Positions 32,836 to 39,475 of a stretch of 39,475 nucleotides of DNA are shown piece after piece. The notes under the pieces are model-generated. The model was not told where the DNA came from and did not search any database. It saw only the letters and a list, made by a program, of their open reading frames with translations. The stretch is from an uncultured Lachnospiraceae bacterium (lineage in GTDB: Bacteria; Bacillota; Clostridia; Oscillospirales; CAG-272): the NCBI GenBank assembly GCA_964579105.1, contig CAZOFQ010000002.1:1-39475 (forward strand). The letters are read 5' to 3'. Both the position numbers and the translations under genes were made by a program. Within the stretch, counting starts at the first letter, position 1. Every line of letters begins with the position of its first letter.

Positions 32836-33774
32836 ATGAAAAAAAGAACCCGTCACGACTTCGACAAGAGCGAAGAAAACATCCTTGATTTACCCGAAGA
32901 CATATCCGGAAAAAGGAGGAAGGGCAAGAGAAAAGTCATTATCTTGGCAATCTGCATGACCGTTGTGCTTGCCATTGCCATAGGGATAACACTTCTCGTC
33001 CTCTCCCGCCCGCAAAATACCATCAAATACGCCGCCTATTCCACCGCCAAGGACATTTTTTCAAATGAAGCGGTAGAGCTTATGACCGAAACGCTTTATG
33101 GCGGCTCGATCGAGGTAAGCGCAAAAACCGACGCAATAGCTCTCGCGGGCAAGGTCTATTTAGACCTTGAGCGTGTTCAAGTACAGGCAGAAAACGTCTC
33201 CTTCCTTGCCTTGGAGTCGGGTACGGGCGCGACCTCCTCTTTCTCGGCAAGCTGCGCTTTGGGGCTCGACTCTATTTGGCTCAAGGTAAACGATGAAGCA
33301 TACGGGATCAGATCGGGAAATGCCGAGGAAAATTTTCTGAGCTCCAAAATATTAAGCAAGGAAAGCGAGCTTTACCGTCCGCTTCAGGCATTGTGCATAT
33401 TATACGATGACCCCGATGCCGAGGAGCTGTTAAAGGAGCTTGAAAAGGAGCTTCAAGCCTACAACGAAAAACGTCTTGAGCTGTATCTGGAATATGCGGA
33501 GATCACCGATAAAAAGGAGACGGTAAAGCTGGCGGACGGTCGCGAAAAATGTCGCGTGATCACACTTTTCATCGACGATAATGCCGTTGACGACGTAAAC
33601 GAGGAGCTGCTCGAATATCTTGAGAGCAGAGAAGCCTTGCTTGATCTGATGTATGAATACGAGGACTTTTTCGTAGCACTTTTTGGCGGAGACCCCCAAA
33701 CGGATGATATCGACGATCTCTTTGAGGACTATCTGGAGGAGCAAAAAAAGCGATCAATACCTTTGGTGATATAA
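32836..33774 (+). CDS. Hypothetical N-terminally membrane-anchored protein (upstream part of a split gene)
   Basis: 312 aa. A basic N-terminus and a TM segment (VIILAICMTVVLAIAIGITLLVL) are followed by an acidic helical region. An AAAGGAGAA RBS is present. The frame ends 8 codons after an A7G run. Confidence 0.65.
   Translation: MKKRTRHDFDKSEENILDLPEDISGKRRKGKRKVIILAICMTVVLAIAIGITLLVLSRPQNTIKYAAYSTAKDIFSNEAVELMTETLYGGSIEVSAKTDAIALAGKVYLDLERVQVQAENVSFLALESGTGATSSFSASCALGLDSIWLKVNDEAYGIRSGNAEENFLSSKILSKESELYRPLQALCILYDDPDAEELLKELEKELQAYNEKRLELYLEYAEITDKKETVKLADGREKCRVITLFIDDNAVDDVNEELLEYLESREALLDLMYEYEDFFVALFGGDPQTDDIDDLFEDYLEEQKKRSIPLVI
33744..33750 (+). other. A_AAA_AAG heptamer in phase with the upstream ORF (candidate -1 frameshift or homopolymer indel site)
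   Basis: The zero-frame codons are AAA (33745-33747) and AAG (33748-33750), preceded by A at 33744. The -1 frame is open from 33726 through 34349. Confidence 0.5.
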
Positions 33775-33794
33775 ATTACAGCTACACGATAAAA

Positions 33795-34349
33795 ATGATC
33801 ACCTCCTCGCTTGTTCCCAAGCTCCTCGGCGTTTCCGTTGAGGAGGAATGGAACGGGAACGAGCACGACGTGTTTTCGATCGTAGGGGATAAAAAGGGAC
33901 TGACCAAAAGCGACGAGTTGAGATGCTCTGTATACGGTAGCGAATTCACCTACACGATAAAAGAGGATTCCAAGTCTGCTTACGAATCCAAATTTGTGAT
34001 GGGCGATCTCACCGTTTCCTATAAGCGCGATAAACGGGACGGAGACTTCAAGATAAGCATCGGCGATATTTGCAAAGTAACGGGTGTGCTGACTTATAGC
34101 AAAAACGAGCTGTATTTAGAAGTGGAGAATATAACGTGGGCTACCGATTTGGAGGAAGACGGCATGGTGGCAGAAATGGGCTTGGGGCGCATTGAAGGCT
34201 CGCTTACCATTCTGCGCGAGGATGATATGCCCGATCGCAACGTCGCCTACACCGAGCTTCTTACCATGACGGCGGCGAAATGGCGTGCATTGTGCGACAA
34301 ATTGTATTATGATATTGTAGACGTATTTTTGGAGGCATTTGATTATTAA
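33795..34349 (+). CDS. Downstream part of the split gene (hypothetical); the frame is open from 33726 and there is no RBS at its first ATG
   Basis: The ORF is 184 aa from the ATG at 33795. The upstream sequence cagctacacgataaaaATG lacks a Shine-Dalgarno. Reading the -1 frame from the heptamer gives ...EEQKKAINTFGDINYSYTIKMITSS..., which is continuous with this ORF. Confidence 0.55.
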   Translation: MITSSLVPKLLGVSVEEEWNGNEHDVFSIVGDKKGLTKSDELRCSVYGSEFTYTIKEDSKSAYESKFVMGDLTVSYKRDKRDGDFKISIGDICKVTGVLTYSKNELYLEVENITWATDLEEDGMVAEMGLGRIEGSLTILREDDMPDRNVAYTELLTMTAAKWRALCDKLYYDIVDVFLEAFDY

Positions 34350-34358
34350 AGCCAGAAA

Positions 34359-34580
34359 AAGGCTGCGTCATTGAGCGCCGAGCAAAAGCACACAAAAGGA
34401 AAACCGAAAAAGAAAGCCGCCCTCTGTGCCGTAATCGGCACAGAGGCGGCTTTTTGGGTGGAAATTCTTGCGAATTTCAAATTTAACGTGTGTTTTTTAG
34501 ACGCCCTCTCGGCACCCGGCGTATTTTTATGCGTCGATCGTGCCGAGATCACACCTTCTGCAGCTAAATGACCCTGACCC
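34359..34580 (+). repeat. MITE-like structured intergenic repeat, copy C (forward)
   Basis: It aligns over its full length with 5313-5535. It starts 10 nt after the stop at 34349 and ends about 30 nt before the mnmE stop codon. Confidence 0.85.
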
Positions 34581-34610
34581 TTTTTTACAGATCCATATAA
34601 TGCGCATCGG

Positions 34611-35978
34611 TCATTTCCCCACGCAGAAGTTGGCAAATATGTCCGAGAGGATCTGCTCATCCACGGCTCTGCCGTCCACCTCGCCAAGGCATTGCATGGC
34701 AAGCTCGGCATCCACGCAGGCGGCATCCAACGGAACGTCGGCAGCAAGAGCTTCGACCGAGCGTGCAAGCGCATCGGCGGCACGCAAGAGTGCTGCGTGC
34801 TGGCGTGCATTCGCCACAATGGGATCCTCGCCAAGATCAAGCCCGTCCTCAAGGTAAAGGCGCTCCACCGTCTCGCGCAGGGGCGCGATCTCCCCCGTGA
34901 CTGCGGCAAGCCGCACCACGTGAGGGTAGCCCTCCAGCAGCTCCTTTGGAAAGCGGTCTCCGCGGTCGCATTGGTTCAAAATCACTACCGTTGCGGCACT
35001 TTTTTCCTTTAGTTCCGCAAGCAGCGCACTTACCTGTGTGTCTGCTTCGCACGCGGCGTTGAGTACGCACAAGATCAGCTCCGCTTCTTCCACGGCGGCG
35101 CGTGCGCGCGCCACACCGATCCCCTCTACGGTATCGTCGGTCTCGCGCAGCCCTGCGGTATCGGTAAGACGCAGCGTCACCTGTCCCAGCGCCGCCGTTT
35201 CGCAAAGCAGGTCGCGCGTCGTGCCCGCAATGTCGGTTACGATGGCGGCTTCTCTGCCCACGATGGCGTTGTACAGCGTAGATTTTCCCGCATTGACGGG
35301 ACCGCAGATCACGGTACGCACCCCCTCCGCCACGGCATGCCCCGTGCGGTAGGTGTCGGCAAGCGAGCGAAGCTCCTTGCAAAGCGCTTCCAGCGCCGCA
35401 GTCAATTCCTCGCGGCTCATGCTGTTCAGGTCCTCATCGGGGAAGTCGATCTTGGCGTAGACGTCTGCCAAAAGACGCGAAAGATGAGAAAAAGCGCTCT
35501 CCAGCCGATCGGAAAACTGCCCGCGCATGCCGCCTCTTGCAAGAGAAAGCTGCCCTGCGGTCTTTGCCTCCAGCAAGGCTCCCAACGCCTCGGCGGCAGA
35601 TAGCTTCATCTTGCCGTTCATCACGGCGCGGCGAGTAAACTCCCCTGCATCGGCAAGGCGCGCGCCTGCCGCCAGCACCGCGCTAAGCACCCGTTCTGTC
35701 ACCAGCACGCCCCCGTGGCAGGAGATCTCCGCCACATCCTCTCCCGTAAAGGAATGCGGAGCCTCGAAAAAGGTAACGAGCGCCTCGTCAAGGACGGCGC
35801 CGCCCCTCTCGACGATTTCGCCGTAAGTGGCGGTACGGGGCGCGCTTTGTGCCTTTTTCGCGGCACGGAACACCCTTTCCAGCACCTCTTTTGTCCCCGC
35901 GCCCGAAATACGGATCACGGCGATGCCGCCCTTGCCGCGCGGCGTGGATACGGCGGCAACGGTATCAAAAATCTGCAT
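34611..35978 (-). CDS. mnmE: tRNA uridine-5-carboxymethylaminomethyl modification GTPase
   Basis: MQIFDTVAAVSTPRGKGGIAVIRISG..., the G-domain motifs GPVNAGKSTL and DTAG, and the C-terminal FCVGK motif. Confidence 0.95.
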   Translation of the reverse strand: MQIFDTVAAVSTPRGKGGIAVIRISGAGTKEVLERVFRAAKKAQSAPRTATYGEIVERGGAVLDEALVTFFEAPHSFTGEDVAEISCHGGVLVTERVLSAVLAAGARLADAGEFTRRAVMNGKMKLSAAEALGALLEAKTAGQLSLARGGMRGQFSDRLESAFSHLSRLLADVYAKIDFPDEDLNSMSREELTAALEALCKELRSLADTYRTGHAVAEGVRTVICGPVNAGKSTLYNAIVGREAAIVTDIAGTTRDLLCETAALGQVTLRLTDTAGLRETDDTVEGIGVARARAAVEEAELILCVLNAACEADTQVSALLAELKEKSAATVVILNQCDRGDRFPKELLEGYPHVVRLAAVTGEIAPLRETVERLYLEDGLDLGEDPIVANARQHAALLRAADALARSVEALAADVPLDAACVDAELAMQCLGEVDGRAVDEQILSDIFANFCVGK

Positions 35979-36016
35979 ATTACTTCTCCTTTTGCCGCGA
36001 TTCGCGGCAGATACAA

Positions 36017-36049
36017 GTAACGGTTAAGCGCCACGCGCTTAACCGTTAC
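36017..36049 (-). promoter_or_regulatory. Perfect 15-bp-stem hairpin between jag and mnmE (possible weak terminator or RNA processing/stability element)
   Basis: GTAACGGTTAAGCGC-cac-GCGCTTAACCGTTAC begins 9 nt after the jag stop. A second hairpin GCCGCGA-t-TCGCGGC (35994-36008) lies immediately before the mnmE RBS. Confidence 0.45.
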
Positions 36050-36057
36050 CGTTTCAA

Positions 36058-36738
36058 TTAAAATTCGTAGTCTTCGCTTTGCTTAGCGGGGGCGGTAGCG
36101 GCGGTATCCTCCAGATACATCACCACACGGCGGTTGTTTTCGCTGCCGATGGAGTTGGTGGCAACGCCCTTGATCTTCTGCACCTCGGAGTGGATGATGC
36201 GGCGCTCGTAGGGGTTCATGGGCTCCAGGGTCTGGCTCTTTTTATAGCGCAGAACCTTATCCGCGGTACGGCGTGCCAGCGCGCGCAGCGTCTCCTCGCG
36301 CTTGCCGCGGTAGTTCTCTACGTCCACGGTGATGCGGCAGAACTCTCTCTTCTCGCCCGCCACCTTCTTGTTGGCGGCAAGGTTGGCAAGATACTGAAGT
36401 GCATCCAGCGTGTCGCCGTGATGACCGATGAGCACGCCTGCACTTTCTCCCATCACGCGGATGAGCTTATTCTCGCCGTCCTCTGTCATGCTGACGGTTG
36501 CGTCAAGACCCATATTGGCAACCAGCTCTTTTACGAAATCCAGTGCCATTTGTGCACCACTCAGCACGTAGCCGGCAGAGATCTTGGCAGGTGTGGCACC
36601 GATGCCGAGGAAGCCCTTCCTCGCCTCCTCCAGGACGGTATATTCGATAGATTCCGCGTTGGGCGCACCAAGCTCGACAACTGCCTTGGCTACTGCCTCC
36701 TCAACGGTTTTTGCTGTAATGATCGTTTCCTTTTTCAC
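36058..36738 (-). CDS. khpB: RNA-binding protein Jag/KhpB (Jag_N, KH and R3H domains)
   Basis: KKETIITAKTVEEAVAKAVVELG... (Jag N-domain) and the C-terminal R3H region ERRIIHSEVQKIKGVATNSIGSENNRRVV. The probable GTG start at 36738 has a GAGGAA RBS and lies just after the yidC stop (36749). Confidence 0.88.
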   Translation of the reverse strand: MKKETIITAKTVEEAVAKAVVELGAPNAESIEYTVLEEARKGFLGIGATPAKISAGYVLSGAQMALDFVKELVANMGLDATVSMTEDGENKLIRVMGESAGVLIGHHGDTLDALQYLANLAANKKVAGEKREFCRITVDVENYRGKREETLRALARRTADKVLRYKKSQTLEPMNPYERRIIHSEVQKIKGVATNSIGSENNRRVVMYLEDTAATAPAKQSEDYEF

Positions 36739-36748
36739 TGTCGATTCC

Positions 36749-38365
36749 TCATTTCTTTTTTCTGTTGTTCTTGCGATCGTCCTTGAGCGGCGCACCGTTC
36801 AGACGTGTTCCGCGATTTTCGCTCTCGCTTTCTCTCTCCTGCTCGGCACGCATTGCGGCACGGCGCTCGGCGGGGATATACTCCGCCTCTTCTCCACTCT
36901 CGCGTACGCGGGGCGGGAGCTCATCCTCTTCGTCGATGCGGTGGAGCGAGCGTACGGGGCCGCGGTTCTGTACAGGCTCGCGGTATCCGCCCGCACGTGC
37001 TTTGCCCTTCATTTCCTTCTCGGCTCTCTTATAATCCTCCTCGGTGAACACGGGCAGGGGCATTACCTTTGCAAGGATGAACTGCTTGAGCACGCCGATG
37101 ATGCACTTGAAGATCCAGTAAATACCGATAGCGGCAGGGGTAATGAACGTGATATACACGCTCATCAGGGGCATGGTGATGTCCATGATGTTGTTGGAGC
37201 ATCCCGCCTGGGGATCCTGTACGTCAGGCTGGTACATGAACTTGCGGTTCAGCTTCATGCTTACAAAATACGCCACAAAGGTCAGCACGGGAACAAGCAA
37301 CAGCAAATAGGGGGGCTTGAAGCCGGGCGTGAGACCCATGTTGAGTCCGAACAGGCTGAAGTTGGGCAGGTTGCCCATCACGTCGGAAAGCTCTTCGGCA
37401 CACGCGCCCGCGTTGGAATAATAAGAGAAGTTGCCAAAATGCGAAAGGTTTTCGGCATTCAGCTTGGAAAGCAGCTCGATAGAGCCCTTGCCCGAATTGG
37501 TAAGCTCCATGCCAAGACCGCCCGCGGCACGGGAGGTGGTGGCAAACTGGGAGAGTGCAAGCGAAAGCGCCTCGGATTTGCCCAGCACGTAACGGATGGG
37601 GTCGATCACGATGTTATACAGCGCGATGATGATGGGCATCTGAATGAGCAACGGCAAGCAGCCGCCCATGGGGTTGAAGCCCTCCTCTTGATACAGCTTT
37701 TGGATCTCCTGCTGCATCGCTTGCATCGATTTTTGATCGTTGCGCCCCGCGTATTTCTTGCGGATCGCACGCTCCTTGGGAGAAAGCCTTGCTTGCTTGA
37801 TGGAGTTCTTCTGCTGACGGATACCGAAGTAAAGCAGCAGGATCTCGACGATCACGGCAAACACGAACAGCGCCAACACGTAATAGCCGCCCGTAATGTT
37901 GGTCAGCACCTGCAAAAACTTGCCGATCCAAACAAGGGGATTGTTGCTCTTTTCCAGATCCACCGTTTCGCCCATACGGGCTACGGTTTTCGTGATCTGC
38001 TCTGCGGTCAGCTCGTCGCGGAACTTGTTGAACATCAGCACGGAGGCATCGTCCTCGGGCTTTACAAGCTCCAGTGCCTTGCGTGCTGCCTCCACGTTTA
38101 CTTCCTTGACCTCGCCCACCACAACGGTGCTGTCATCAAAGCCCTCTGCACTCATGTCATAGCCGCGAGCCGCCGCCGTGAATTTTTCACGCGCCTCGGA
38201 GCTTTGCAAAAGAATACGCGAAAAATAGGTCTCCGCATCGGTATCCGCTGCCGTCCAGGTGGAATCGATCTTCGTCGTTGTACCGCAGGAGGCAAGTGCG
38301 CATACAACCAAAAGCAACGCAAAGCAAAGCAAAAGTGCTTTCTTGATCATTTTCTTTTGTTTCAT
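36749..38365 (-). CDS. yidC: Membrane protein insertase YidC (lipoprotein-type, long form with basic C-terminal tail)
   Basis: Lipobox LLVVCALASCG, the conserved core ...NPMGGCLPLLIQMPIIIALY..., and a C-terminal extension of about 110 aa that is Arg/Lys/Glu-rich. Confidence 0.92.
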   Translation of the reverse strand: MKQKKMIKKALLLCFALLLVVCALASCGTTTKIDSTWTAADTDAETYFSRILLQSSEAREKFTAAARGYDMSAEGFDDSTVVVGEVKEVNVEAARKALELVKPEDDASVLMFNKFRDELTAEQITKTVARMGETVDLEKSNNPLVWIGKFLQVLTNITGGYYVLALFVFAVIVEILLLYFGIRQQKNSIKQARLSPKERAIRKKYAGRNDQKSMQAMQQEIQKLYQEEGFNPMGGCLPLLIQMPIIIALYNIVIDPIRYVLGKSEALSLALSQFATTSRAAGGLGMELTNSGKGSIELLSKLNAENLSHFGNFSYYSNAGACAEELSDVMGNLPNFSLFGLNMGLTPGFKPPYLLLLVPVLTFVAYFVSMKLNRKFMYQPDVQDPQAGCSNNIMDITMPLMSVYITFITPAAIGIYWIFKCIIGVLKQFILAKVMPLPVFTEEDYKRAEKEMKGKARAGGYREPVQNRGPVRSLHRIDEEDELPPRVRESGEEAEYIPAERRAAMRAEQERESESENRGTRLNGAPLKDDRKNNRKKK

Positions 38366-38403
38366 TGATTTTTATCCTTTCGATGGATGAAGAACCGTTC
38401 GGA

Positions 38404-38772
38404 TCACTCCTCGTTCTTCTCATAAGACGCTGAATTCTCATCATCAAGGACCTCTTGATGATCGCTGCCGTCGTCTTCCCGGCAGGGCTCGTCGTGGGTG
38501 TCACAACAAGCAGCCTCGTGTGTCGGGATCTCTCGCGAGCCCTTGTAGCGCAGTCCCTTTTCGGGTACGGGATCATACCCGCCCGGGTTGTAGGGGTTGC
38601 AGCGCAGAATGCGCCACACCGTGAGGATCATCCCCACGAAAAAGCCGCGCTTTTGGAACGCTTCTATGGCATACGCCGAACAGCTCGGCACAAACCGACA
38701 GCTCGGCTTACCCTTCAGGCGCGAAAGATATTTTCTGTAAAAGCGTACGAGCCAGATACACAAATGCTTCAT
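38404..38772 (-). CDS. yidD: Membrane protein insertion efficiency factor YidD with an unusual acidic, Cys-containing C-terminal extension of about 50 aa
   Basis: [33 protein letters not shown]...[17 protein letters not shown] is the YidD core. The ATG at 38772 overlaps the rnpA stop (ATGA). The tail is ...[39 protein letters not shown]. Confidence 0.88.
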   Translation of the reverse strand: MKHLCIWLVRFYRKYLSRLKGKPSCRFVPSCSAYAIEAFQKRGFFVGMILTVWRILRCNPYNPGGYDPVPEKGLRYKGSREIPTHEAACCDTHDEPCREDDGSDHQEVLDDENSASYEKNEE

Positions 38773-39149
38773 TTTGTTTCGTCCAGAAGTCCAAGCCTTG
38801 AAAACGCGCAAAACAGCTCCTTTTCCACGTCCTGCGCCTTCTTGCCTCGGATCTCCTCTCTTGCCACCAGCACCACAAGGTATCCCGTTTTCAGCCCCGC
38901 CGCCTTCACGGCGCGGTACCCCTCACGCAGTAAGCGCTTGGCGCGGTTGCGCCCTACGGCACCGCCGATCCTTTTGCTGACCGAAAGCCCCACGCGGTTG
39001 AAGTACTTTTTCTCCGGGTTGGCAAGCATCAGCCGCCGTGCGGCATAATCCCGCAGAACGTATACCGCCGTAAGCTTCCCTACGGCACGCTGTCCCTTGG
39101 TGAACGCCTTGTTGTAAAGGTGATGTTCCTTGATGGCATAATTTTTCAT
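38769..39149 (-). CDS. rnpA: Ribonuclease P protein component
   Basis: [28 protein letters not shown] is the RnpA RNR motif. It has the conserved position upstream of yidD-yidC. Confidence 0.92.
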   Translation of the reverse strand: MKNYAIKEHHLYNKAFTKGQRAVGKLTAVYVLRDYAARRLMLANPEKKYFNRVGLSVSKRIGGAVGRNRAKRLLREGYRAVKAAGLKTGYLVVLVAREEIRGKKAQDVEKELFCAFSRLGLLDETK

Positions 39150-39291
39150 GTTCGCTGTAACCTGCTTCCGTTATTGGTTGTAGTTTTCGTTTTTAAACAG
39201 CTCGCACACATAGACTTGTCCCCTCAGCCTTGCCTTTGCAAGTCAACGGGATATTGCCGCCGCCCTTGCTCAGGCAAAAGAAGCAAGCAAG

Positions 39292-39475
39292 GCGAGGCGC
39301 AACGACGTATGACGCCGTTTATCCCGCGCTCACGGGAAAGAAACAAGTCAGACGAGGCGCACCGTAGCAAAAAGCCGAAGGCGAATATACATTCGCCGAG
39401 GTTTTGAGCGAGGCGCAACAACGTATGACGCCGTTTATCCCGCGCTCACGGGAAAGAAACAAGTCAGACGAGGCG
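39292..39475. repeat. Direct repeat of a 68-bp unit with a 116-bp period, cut by the window edge
   Basis: 39292-39359 and 39408-39475 differ at one position. The 48-bp interval contains the hairpin GGCGAAT-atac-ATTCGCC (39380-39397). Confidence 0.8.

Noticed and set aside
36584-38368. 594-aa plus-strand ORF
   Set aside because: It is antisense to yidC and jag and has no RBS. Its composition (H/L/G/R-rich) is that of a shadow ORF, and the minus-strand genes have unambiguous conserved motifs.
39310-39445. TTATCCCGC motifs in the right-edge repeats as DnaA boxes or oriC
   Set aside because: They match the TTATCCACA consensus at only 7 of 9 positions and occur simply because the 68-bp unit is duplicated. 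No AT-rich unwinding element or box cluster is visible within the window, so oriC cannot be called from this.
39224-39475. Possible CRISPR array or small ORF (65 aa, 39224-39421) at the right edge
   Set aside because: The repeat unit is 68 bp with a 48-bp interval, outside the CRISPR repeat/spacer geometry. Only about 1.6 periods are visible, and no cas genes are present. The ORF is a low-complexity read-through of the repeat.

Overview
This is a chromosomal window from a moderately GC-rich Firmicute of the class Clostridia; the taxon is inferred from gene content, the SCIFF locus and a Bacillus-type long SRP RNA. Most of the window is housekeeping or metabolic genes. On the minus strand these are scfB'-scfA (SCIFF RiPP locus), proA and a flavin reductase. 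On the plus strand they are an orphan sugar-type ABC solute-binding lipoprotein, an aldose-1-epimerase-family gene, prmC, ddl, a CvpA-like membrane protein, an amidase-domain protein, an ArsB/NhaD-type permease, an XRE regulator, an ArsR/SdpR-SdpI-like pair and an unknown multi-pass membrane protein. A sugar-acid style cluster lies at 15.9-22.3 kb (AraC, Gfo/Idh/MocA oxidoreductase, glycerate kinase, NAD-epimerase, AGE-family epimerase, Eda-like aldolase), followed by an LMW-PTP, a rubredoxin and an alpha/beta hydrolase. Two conserved blocks on the minus strand, maf-dut-recR-ybaB-dnaX-ffs (23.98-28.0 kb) and mnmE-jag-yidC-yidD-rnpA (34.6-39.15 kb), are separated by an accessory island of about 6.6 kb (28.0-34.6 kb) that looks AT-richer by eye. 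The island holds a promoter/long-hairpin/terminator RNA candidate and two truncated genes that collide head-on at about 28437. It also holds two XRE repressor switch regions with consensus promoters and palindromic operators, a small bPH-domain membrane protein, a 765-aa zinc-ribbon/TM/BspA-type LRR protein and a membrane-anchored protein gene split at an in-phase A_AAA_AAG heptamer. Several repeat families are present. The clearest sequence-level novelty is a 223-bp structured MITE-like element found three times, always between convergent genes, with two inverted copies bracketing one island cassette. No CRISPR array, rRNA, tRNA, transposase or integrase gene was seen.
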